DNA of 64,000 nt from Lama guanicoe (lineage: Eukaryota), in assembly GCA_013239625.1 (NCBI GenBank), contig MU054187.1, forward strand, positions 3,545,757 to 3,609,756. The letters run 5' to 3'. Within the stretch, counting starts at the first letter, position 1. Each line of letters opens with the position of its first letter. Below, piece by piece: positions 53,080 through 64,000 of this stretch. Below the pieces are notes generated by a model. That model saw nothing but the letters and a program-made list of their open reading frames with translations. It made no database searches and was not told where the DNA came from. The position numbers and the translations under genes were made by a program.

Positions 53080-54590
53080 TAGGGTGCTGTCAGCAAGACG
53101 GAGGAGCAGGAGCCCCAGACCCTCATTCCAACAGAGACACCAACTGAACAGCAACATACAGACCTCAGTGTCCATGTGAGCGCCTCTGTGAGATCTCCAG
53201 AAACCAGTCAAGAGGCTGCAGCACCGGGTAGGAGCAAAGCCAAGAAGAGTTACATCTTAGTGGGTCAGAAAGCTCCTTGCATTTTGCCTGCCCTAGTCTC
53301 TCCCATTCCCCAGTGTAAGACAGAGTGACCAGAAGGGAACTCCCAGCTTCTCTCTTGGGAGGGAGAGGAGAGAGTGGGACATGAGGCCGAAGTTCTGGCT
53401 TTCTGAGGGGCTGCCTATGGGACTGGTTTCTGACTCTGAGTCAGGGCGACTGATGGGAAAGCAGCATAATCTGGATGCCAGGTTGGGGGCCGTTGAGAAC
53501 AAAGGCCTGTTTGCTGGAGTTACACAGGGCGGCTGCAGTACCAGAGACAGACACTAGATGGAGGAAGAAATTAGAGGCTCCAGCAAAGAAAACGGGCCTC
53601 TTTACCTAAGAGGTCACACACACTAGCCCAGGGAAGACGCAGCCCCAGAAAAGGTTTGAAAGCCTCCCCCCACGATCTCTAGCTGAGCTGACTTCCCCTG
53701 TATGAGACCGGTCCATACAGACTGGGACAGGTGGCTGTTTTTCCAAATGCCAGTCCCAGTAAAAGATCACGAGCACACAGAGGAAAAAGAGCCATGGCCC
53801 CATCAGCTCATCAAAATAAACCTCCAGAAACAAACCCTAAAGAAACAGAGATTTATGAATCACCAAAGAAGTAAAAATAACCATCTTAAAGGTGCTCAGA
53901 GAGTGCACAGAAGCAACTATTACAAAAATCAGGAAAACAGCACATGAACGAAAGGGGAATATCCACAAAGGTAGAGAAACTATAAAAAAGAGCCAAACAG
54001 AAATCCTGGAACTGAAGCCTACAATAACCGGTGTGACAGATTCACTGAAGGGAGTTAGTGGCAGTCTTGATTAAGCAGAAGAAAGATCAGCAAACTTGAA
54101 GACAGGTTATTTGAAATTATTGAGTCAGAGGAGCAAAAAGGAGAAAGAAGAAAAATAAAAACAGCCCAGGGGACTTTGGGTCACCATCAAGCTGATCAAT
54201 GTAATAATTATGGGAGTTCCAGGAGGAGAGAGAGAAAGGGGCAGAGAGCTTATGTGAAGAAATAATGGCCCAAAATTTCTACGTTTGAGGAAAGGAAGGT
54301 ACATATAAAACTACTGCAGTGGAATGAAACTAGAAATCAACAGCAAAACAGAAACTGGACTATTCACAAATATGTGGAAATTAAACATCACATTCTTGAA
54401 AAATCTGTTTTTACATTCAAAGAACTAAAAAAAAGAACAAACTAAACTCAAAGTTAGCAGGAGGAAGGAAATAATAAAGATTAGAGCAGAGATAAACAAA
54501 ATAGAGAATAGAAAAACAACAGAGGAATTAACAAAACTAAGAGCTGGATTGTTAAAAAGATTGACAAAATTGACAAACTCTTAGCTATAT
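53080..54590 (+). mobile_element. degenerate L1: 5' UTR/ORF1 and ORF2 fragments
   Basis: A-rich ORF1-like aaagagccaaacagaaatcctggaactgaag...gaaagatcagcaaacttgaagacagg and ORF2-like ggaaggaaataataaagattagagcaga...aaaattgacaaactcttagc. Confidence 0.75.
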
Positions 54591-57500
54591 TTGACATTAT
54601 CGAACCGTCAAAAAGTCATTGAGTCCTAACCTTTTTGATTTAGACACTCAAAAATGTATATAAAAATATGTTTGAGATTAACTTCAAAATAATCTGAGGG
54701 TTGGCTGGGGGAGAGGGTGGGGTTATACGTAAGACTGGCATCAGTCGACGATTTACTTTTAAAGTTGAGTGGGTTGATGATAACATTTCCTCTATTTCTG
54801 TGCATGTTTGAAATTTTCCAGGATAAGGGAGCTAAAAAAAAATTAACAAAATGAATAAATAAGTAAAAATGTTAGGCGAGAAAGTCAAAGAAATATCCCA
54901 AATAATTTTTTTTTAAAAAAAGGCTATAAGAGCATATGAAAGAAAGGTAAGACACACACAGGACCTCCAGAGGGCCATCTACTCTCCAGGCGTCCCAGAA
55001 GGAGGGCAGAGCTCAAACAGCAAGAGGCTTTTTGTCCATCAGATGGATGTCACTGTCTGTCCACTACTGTTAGGAACATGAATGAGCACAGGCATCTGAG
55101 GACGTCAGTTTCATAGTCTCTTAAAATTTCTTGTATCTACCCTAGAAAAACATTCATACACACACCCACAGTAAATGTTCTTGAATAAATGACTTTTTGA
55201 TTTTTTTTATATCAGCCACTACATATAAATATCTACAATTCAACCAAAATTCAGAAATTCAACTTCCAGGAATGTATCTTACATAGTTGTACAAGTGAAC
55301 AAAGAAAATATGAAAAGCATAGTTTCTGAAGTGGCACTTTTTATAGTAAAAAATGGGAAATGTCCATCAAGTCTATTAAAAAGAGTCTAGTTAACAAATT
55401 AAGGTGTGTTCATACAATGCAATACTCACTGAAAGGAACGATGTACGTGCAGATACAGAAACAGCTCTACGACATTTAATTAAGAACAATGTGTTTAGTG
55501 TTACCTCATCAGCATTTTTTAAGAAAGAGATACAGATTCTAGATAGCTAGATAAAGAGAAGATAGATTAAAGATCACTTAACATTTACAAGAAACGTTCT
55601 GAATACAGTATGAATAATCCCTTTGGGGGCCAGTTCTGTGTAAAGGGAAGAAAAAGCAATTTAGACAAAAAATGTACAGGATGGAGTTCTCTCGTTCTAA
55701 TTTGCCATGAAAGTGAAATATACTGTTCCTAGAATGAAGGGAGTAAAAATTAATCTAGTTCCTCTTACTTTCAAAAGCTAAAACTTCGGCTTTGCCAGGT
55801 TCTCCAGTACAGCTAGACCTGCTCAGTCAATTTTTTTGTGGAGGACGCAGTTAGAAAGGCCACACTCCAGGGGATTCAAATATACTTCTCCAAATGTCCT
55901 TATAAGTAATCTGACCTAATTCTGTTGGTCAGCAGTGTACCATCCCCTGTGGGAACCAAGGTCCCCTGGGAGAAATCTATGCCCTCAGCAAGCCAGTCTT
56001 GGTTTTGCTGAAAACATCTCCCTGAGAGACAAAGGAAAACTCCAAATGCCCTTGCGGCAGATACTACAAGTATCCTCATTTTGCACATGAGAACTGAGGC
56101 TCAGCAAAATATCTCATCAAGCCCTCGCACCCAGGTAGCTAAGACCTGATGGCGTGGCCGAGAATCCCTGCTTCTCCACCCTCCTGTCTGTGCGCTTTAC
56201 ACCCGAGACCCTGCACACAGACACTTAGGGATGTCGGGTGAAAAATCTGATCGAACAGTGCAGAGCCATAGTGGTTTCTGTTGCCTTATGTTTAGCTACC
56301 ACCTAAAACAGAAGTACTCTGTGACACTAAAGGGAATAGGGACTGGAGAGGCCTCCACTTTCTGTTACCTCCCTAATCCATACAAGCTGGCCCGGGACTC
56401 TCAGAATCGCTGGCATCATTACCAGTGTAAATTATCTTCAGTTCATTACTAATAATATTCAAATGCCCTGCAGGTATTTTATTTCTAAGTAGGTATTTTT
56501 GAATGCTAAGGAATTAAAGATAAGAGCAGTTCTCAAAGTTTGAAGTGCTGTATTTTAGCTGTATTACAGTCTTTAGGTATTGCCTCGAGCGTAAATACAA
56601 TTCCAACTGTGACTAAAATACTACGCTTGCTGGCGCATCCATCACTTGCACAGGCATCGGCTAAAACACAGAACCGTGTAAAAGCCATACAGATGTTGTC
56701 AATCCCTTCTGATTGACGGAGGCACATTTTTCAGTCATCTACTCTTGTCTTAGGCGGCTTAGCTTTCACAAAATCAGCATCCTTTTCAACCAGTTCTCAG
56801 GATACTGACAATGTATTTCAAAGACTTCTCTTTGTTGCAATGGAGCATTAAAACAAGCTTGTAGGTACTTCTACCTGGACCACACATCACCAGGTACTTA
56901 GGTTTTAAAATGACCTTAACTGCACCATTAACAGCTCTCATTGCACTCTCTAGTGCAGAGAATGCTGAGAACTGGACCAGAGGACAGACTTGCAGTTTAC
57001 TACTGGGCTGATTTCTCCACCGTCTTTACCAGAGACCGGATCCCTGCTGGCCTCAGGAACTGAACTACTCATGTTGTACAATTCTTACTAAAATTTCTAT
57101 GGCCCAATGTTTATAGAACTGTTACAATGAAATCTTTCATTATTACTGTTTTCCCAAGCTAACTAGTGAAAAAGTTGATTTAATATTGTCACAAACGGTT
57201 AACCTTAGCATGGTTCTTTCCAGGGTGAGCTCCACTGAAATCCCTGTTCAAAATCTGGGGTTTTGGAGACCGAAGAGGCAGAATCAATCTAATGGACTTG
57301 GATGCTGGAGACAGAAGGGAAGGGTCGAAGGACGAGAATTCATGTTTGACTGTGTAGCACCATGTGGGAACTTGGATTGAATGAAAGCCAGGACAAGGAG
57401 GTTTGAGGGGCTTTGCTTTGAGCTGAGATAGTCTGTCACACAACTGGACAGAGAAAGCCAAACAACTCAAACTTAGATGGCAACTGAAGCTAATGGACAA

Positions 57501-58525
57501 GAGTCTGCATAGTCCAGCAGACTAGGCCCCAACCCACAGGAAAGGCAGGAATTTCATGACTGTGAGCCCATTAAGGGCAACAAATGTGAGAACATTATGT
57601 CCTGAACTTTAATTTGTAAAATACTTACATGCATGTGAGAAGTACTTCTGGAAATACATGAACTTAGGACACCCAAACTACATTTTAATACACACAATAC
57701 GTGAATGGATGGCAAGACGGATTCTCACCCACGAACCCATTTAAATCTCAGCTCTTACCAAGGTCTAGAATATTGAGCAAATGAAATGTTTCTAGATCTA
57801 CACAGTAGGAACAATCAAAATAACAAGGCACAAGCGGAGCCTGGTGGTTAAACGTTCCCAGTTGGGGTTTGGCAAATGAATTTGATCTACAACATGCTTT
57901 TCAGACCACAAGTTAACATAAATATATTAAACTATGTGTAAACTACATGTTAATCTAGCTTCATATTGAGTGACCTACAAATAATACATTAGAAGTAATT
58001 CCAAAGAGTCCCCACATGGCTATAGATAGAACTTAAACGTTAATGTATTACCAGGATTGTTTTTTAGTCTAAAATATAATCAAAGCATCAGTGTTGGTAA
58101 AACTTAGTAACGTTGGTAATGTTTCCAAAACATTTTGAAATGAACCAAGTTTAAAAGGAGTAAAGACAAACTGGCAGGCCCAGGGCTGGAACTTTAGACC
58201 TCTTTTCCCTGAGTCACTTGCCCTCTACCACATACTATGCTTTCAACCGCAGCTGCATACGTTAGAACCACCCCAGAAACCCTTTAGAAGACTGTAGCAC
58301 CCACATCAATTAAACCACTTTCTGCAGTAGAACCCAGACACACGCTCTTTGGAAAAGATCCCACACGCAGCCAGGACTGTGTATGTTCATCACTGGTGAG
58401 GTAACAGTTCAGTTCTCAAACAATGTCAGCTGTGAACCAGTTTAGTGGCCTCTAACAAATGTATTTCTTAACCCAACTCTAGTACCAAGAATAAAAAAGT
58501 CAACAAAAATTAACAACAGTATCAA

Positions 58526-58531
58526 TTTATT
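58526..58531 (-). terminator. RPS20 poly(A) signal AATAAA
   Basis: tttatt on the + strand 12 nt past the stop, followed on the - strand by a GU/U-rich tract. Confidence 0.9.
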
Positions 58532-58543
58532 AAAAAGTCTGAT

Positions 58544-58792
<249 letters not shown>

Positions 58793-58973
58793 TTACTCCG
58801 TCTGAAGACTTTCCAGAGCTGCGTTCCCCTTTACGTGAGTTCGGAGGCTACCAACCGACAATGGCAGGTCCACAGTCACTCTGTGAGGTGCACCGCCAGG
58901 AAACCGCAACGGTCACCTCGAGAAAACCGAATTCTACCAGCATTGTAACGAGTGTGTGCTGCTGGCATCACTA

Positions 58974-59171
<198 letters not shown>

Positions 59172-59214
59172 TCACTCAAAACCACAGCCGGCGAAGAGAA
59201 CCCCGACGGCGGCG

Positions 59215-59692
<478 letters not shown>

Positions 59693-59696
59693 TCAC

Positions 59697-59825
59697 CATG
59701 GCTGCGGCGCGGCTTCCTGACCGACTTGTCCCTCGGCGAGAGCGAACAGCGGTGAGTCAGGAGCAGAAGCGGGCGCGCTGGGGCTCCGCCGGCTGCAGCG
59801 ACCGCGTCTTCTTCAAAGAGGAAGG
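59697..59825 (-). CDS. RPS20: RPS20 exon 1 (5' UTR plus ATG only; coding bases 59699-59697)
   Basis: Minus strand reads gccgcagccATG|gtgagg. The exon begins at the TOP tract CCTTCCTCTTTGAAGAAGACGCGG. Confidence 0.93.
59815..59825 (-). promoter_or_regulatory. 5' TOP / TCT initiator of RPS20
   Basis: CCTTCCTCTTT pyrimidine tract on the - strand, about 27 nt downstream of the TATA box start. Confidence 0.85.
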
Positions 59826-59843
59826 CGTGAGGCCTGCGCGGCG

Positions 59844-59851
59844 CTTATATA
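59844..59851 (-). promoter_or_regulatory. RPS20 TATA box TATATAAG
   Basis: cttatata on the + strand, at canonical spacing to the TOP start. Confidence 0.8.
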
Positions 59852-61996
59852 GCTGCGCCCGCGTCTGCATCCGGGTCCCGCACGCGCCTCCGCGCTGCCC
59901 CGGAAGAGGAATCGCCCGGCGGGCTCTAGAGGCGGCTGCGCGAGCCGGAGTAGGGCACCCTCGGAGGTGTGGGGCCGGGCGCGGCTGCGCGCGCCCCCTG
60001 TCGGCCCGGAGGAGTCAGAGCCGCGTGAGGTGGGGACCGGCCCGCCCCGTCGTCGCCGCGGTCCTCGGGGCACCTGGCGGGAATGATGGGGAGAAGGTGC
60101 CCCGACCCAAAACCCCAGAAACTCCCCTGCCTGGCGCGCCGACCGCCGGCCTCCGCCAGGTCGGAGGGACTCTGGTGCTTCTACTCTGCAAAGCCGGCTT
60201 CCCGTACAAACCGAATTGCCCGTGCTCTGAGCAAGTGGGTAACTTTTCTGAGTTCAACTCACGTAGATATATTAGGAAAAATTGATAACGCGGGCGTGCG
60301 ATTTTTACATTAGCAGTTATTTTTCATAGCCTGAAACATCCTTTCGTGATAGTTCATCTTCTGGCGTCCCAGACCAGCAGAAGCATCTGCAGTCTGTTTC
60401 TGGAAAGCAGCTGAACATGGGTTTTCCTTCCGGAACGGGAGGGCGCAAAGCCAGGCCGCCCGGTTACCCTGGGCCGTGCTGTGCATCCGAGGCCTGGGCT
60501 GTCCACCCGCTTCTGAAACGTGTCATCTCCTCCCAGTCTGGATAAAGTAACATTGGATGAGGCCTGTGAAGACCTCCCTGATACTAAGCGTCTATGCACA
60601 ATCAGATAAGGGACAAAGGACGCTGAGAAAACCAGGAGTGGGCAAGTGCCCCGGGTAGCCAGGACAGATGGTGGGGTCACGTACACTTAAAGATGACAGA
60701 GTGGTTACATAGAACGAGACAGGTGAGTTGGGTTTTGATACAGGGCAGAAGCAACAATAAATAACCTCGTATCATTTTACAGGTGACCCTGAGTGCAGAC
60801 GAGGTATTGGCCCAGACCCACAGAACTGTGAGTGACAGAGCTCTGACCACTCCAACGAGGGGCCTTCCTGGAGCCTTTCTTTTCTGTTCCTTGGAAGGAA
60901 ATTATACTTGAAACTTATATCAAATAATAGCATTGACTTACTTCTTTGGTGATAATTGGGCATGACTAATACCTGGCTTTCTTTGGCTCACAAAAGATGT
61001 CTACTAGGTTTTGCTTCCTTTTAATAATTAACTTAAATATTAAAATTTGGATAATTTCCAGTTCAGTTATTTAAAAATGTCGTCCATTGGCTGTAAATAC
61101 CTTATGAGTAGAATTTGCAGCAGAACATCTGAAAACCTGCATTCTTGTTTTACTGGTTGTAACCTAAATGAGACTTCATAACTTGGGGCTTTAACGTATG
61201 GGCCTGGTCACCAGCTAAAAACAGACAAAAATACAATTGCCTGAGCTGTGAGGACGGTGACAACCACCACTGCACTAGTAATGAGTGTGCATCTTCAGAG
61301 AAAGCTTGTAGCAGCACTCAGACTTTCCTGATGCTCAGAGACAACCAGGCATTCAGTCGTGGAGTGCTTGACAAGTACTTTTGTTAATTTTTTTTTCAGT
61401 AACAAATCTGGTACATCCATTCCTAGGCTTCTTTGACCATAGAAAAAGAATTTCAGTGTAGAAAAAGGCAAAATATGGCCCAGCATTTATGGGAAAAATT
61501 GTTGATGTGACTGGAGCGAAGGAAACAGCTGGTTGAGATATTTAACAAATGCAATGAAAAACATCACTAAAGTGTAGAAGGTTTACTTTTAAACATTTTG
61601 TTTTATTTTCCTCTTGAAAGTTATCAGTGACAGTAGTCCCCAAATATCAGTTAAAACGTAATACTCTAAAATTAGCTGTAAGATGTTCATTTCAGTAAAA
61701 TTTAACAATGAGCACAAGAGTCAAACACAGAATGCCGTATTCAGAGATAAATCACCTGTTTACGCCCTCGGGTATGTATGCATCCTTTTAGAACGTGGGT
61801 TCAGACTCTATTGTTTATCCACAGAACATTTTGTCACAATAAATATACTTCTGCAACATTCCTTTTAATGATGGTATTTATGGAAGGGTCATTCATACTT
61901 TATTGAACTAGTCCTCTATTTTTTAGACTTAGGAAAAAGGGTGTTTTTCCCTTCTTCACTCTCAGGAACAGCACCTTGAGGGCCTTGCTTCTGGAC

Positions 61997-62215
61997 CAGG
62001 GTTTCTCAGTCTCAGCACAGTTGACATTTGGGGCCAGATGCTCCTTTGTCGAGGGGGCAGTCCCCCGCCTTGTAGGGTGTCTCACAGTACTTCTGGCCTC
62101 CACCCACCCGATGCCTGTACCAACCCCTCCCCTCCGGGGGTGACAGTCAAACATGTCCCTAGACATTGTCAAATGTCCCCTGTGAGGCAAGGTCACCCCC
62201 AGTTGAGAACCACTG
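61997..62215. mobile_element. MER20 (hAT-Charlie DNA transposon)
   Basis: cagggtttctcagtctcagcacagttgacatttggggccaga...agacattgtcaaatgtcccct...cccccagttgagaaccactg, with terminal inverted repeats. Confidence 0.85.
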
Positions 62216-63289
62216 CCGTAGATAAATCTTTCAGCTCAGCCTTGCTGCCTGAGATCGACGCCTAGATACACTTCATCAAAGAAGAAGCATGTTTTAAATA
62301 CTTTGGTGTTAAGTAAATTGCCCTCTGGGAGAGTTATGCCTGGGTAGGATACGTCTTCCAGCAGCGCGATGAAGATTTTAGCGTGAAAAACGGAATTCAG
62401 TATCCGTTTCATTGTAAAATTTAAAGATACTTTTAAGACCAGTACAAATTCAGTGTTTTCAGTATCTGTATCCATAGCCTTTCTTAATGAATTTTTGTAG
62501 TTCTTTAAAAATTGTCTTGTAAAGACTTTCACTGCAGGTATCGGTGTCTTTCTGCGGACAGCCATCTGCTGGTCTTTCGCTGCAATGACAGCGTAATCAA
62601 ACTAGTTCCGAAAGGAAATTAACAGCAGTTTAAAACCGCTTCATTCAGGGTGCCCAGGGGTACACTCGTGAAGAAAACAATGCAGGCAGGTTGTCAAAGG
62701 AGCGTGGGTGAGTCTGTTTAGACACAATTTTGTGTGTAGAATTTTTGATGCAAATAGAATTTATGTTCAGACTTTTCCGTCTGATATTTAAGACCAAAAA
62801 CCAGAAAGAGAGAGAATAAAAACTTTCTCTCGAGAGTGCTTACCCATGTGGTAGGGGTCGGGGGTGAAATGTGGCGCCAATTCCTTGCTTTACTGGGCTC
62901 ACATGGAAGGGGGTGCAGAGCCTAGGAGAGCAGCCTACGCTGCTGGAAATGGTGTCTTAATAGCACCTGCCCAGGGTCACGGGAAGAGCCAGGAATTGTA
63001 CCCACACAGTCTAACCGCAGAGTCTGCACGCTCGGCCCCGTGCGATCGTGTTTCTTAGCATCCGTTAGCTCTCATCTGTGTCATCATTAGCGTTAGTATG
63101 TCTGAGAGGTTAAAATCCTACTCTGTGAAATAACATGACATAGAAGGACGTCATATATTTCACTTTAGTTGAGGTCAGAAGTTTCACTGAGCTACGAATA
63201 TGTGTCCATTTTAAGGGACCGTCCCCATGTTTTAGCTCTTTTGATTTTTAGTTTGACATCCCATCCATACCCAAGGCCAAAATAACTCT

Positions 63290-64000
63290 ATTTTCCACAA
63301 CAACAAAAAAAAAATGAGTGAGAAAAGTGGCATTGTTTTTATATTTTTGCAAATCTCTTTAATGTCTGGCTTAATTGAGGAAGAAAGCTCAGTTTTCATA
63401 TCTGCTTCTGCATTCAGTTTGTCACAATATGTTGTTCTGTTTGAAGTATGGGTGGAAAATCTGTGTGAGCACAGATACGTAGTTGGTAAAAGGAAGAGGA
63501 TTTCAGTATCCTTTTCAGGCGTTTGGGGCTATTCTTTGATACACCCAAGCTGGATAAGTAGCAGTTCCTCAAAGATTAGTTACTGTGGGGATCTGAAAGC
63601 ATATCACGGCCATCTTTATATCTTCTTACATTAAAAAGCATTCAGTCCCACATCTTGAATGGCGCTCATACCTTTATTCATGCCTAATTTTGTAACATCG
63701 TGCATTGGTCATTTGGAAAATATTGCTTCACTGACTTATGCAGACCTTCTAAAACATTGACGTATTTCGTTAAATATCATATAAAAATCACATTTCTTAA
63801 CATCATCTTGTCAGAAAAGGCATTACCTATTGGGATGCTGTGAAGGTTCCCAGTGGCAGATGGAAGTTTTCCCAAGTTCTCATTTTGCTTGGAGACCAGA
63901 TTTTGTCACTGGTGATGGGTACAAATCCTTTTCCTTGATGAGATGAGCTCACTTCATTCATTCCCGAGGAAGTGTCTGCCAGTTACTCGTGTCTGAATAA
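63290..64000. mobile_element. Charlie1-type hAT DNA transposon fragment
   Basis: agtgagaaaagtggcattgttttt...gcaaatctctttaatgtctggcttaat...tcatatctgcttctgcattca matches the remembered Charlie1 consensus. Confidence 0.7.

Larger units (their letters stand above)
41623..57072 (-). pseudogene. decayed intron-containing kinesin-6 (KIF20A/KIF20B-like) unitary pseudogene
   Basis: Collinear - strand remnants: LQVC (56995), ALIFNSL (56527-56507), SNE (56450), R/LCE..K (50450-50400), LSW..LKTGKRD (50237-50100), KQNTIPL..YFEGLKCMVI (49236-49160), DIFLNNK|VLLRTAGNLIEELTDER (46193-45835), small phased tail exons, a terminal ORF and AATAAA. Many stops and frameshifts. Compared with remembered KIF20A/B sequences only. 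Confidence 0.65.

Overview
Mammalian (eutherian) genomic DNA, probably camelid; this is inferred from five copies of a short tRNA-derived SINE resembling camelid Vic-1. The + strand carries the 3' end of LYN: a long intron fills 1-23289, then come the last three kinase-domain exons and the 3' UTR. The - strand carries the complete 4-exon RPS20 gene (119 aa, TATA box, 5' TOP motif, CpG island) with SNORD54 in intron 2. The main finding lies in the apparently empty LYN-RPS20 interval. On the - strand, about 57070 down to 41620, a collinear series of decayed exon remnants translates into motifs of a kinesin-6 (KIF20A/KIF20B-like) motor, neck coiled-coil and tail. This looks like an intron-containing unitary pseudogene of a lost kinesin paralogue. 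A second, unidentified fossil-like coding block lies just upstream of RPS20. The remainder is repeats (L1, SINE, MIR, MLT1/MLT2 LTRs, MER20, Charlie) plus candidate regulatory elements: an ETS/NF-kB cluster in the LYN intron and a strong CTCF site. All protein and repeat comparisons are from remembered sequences; no search was run.
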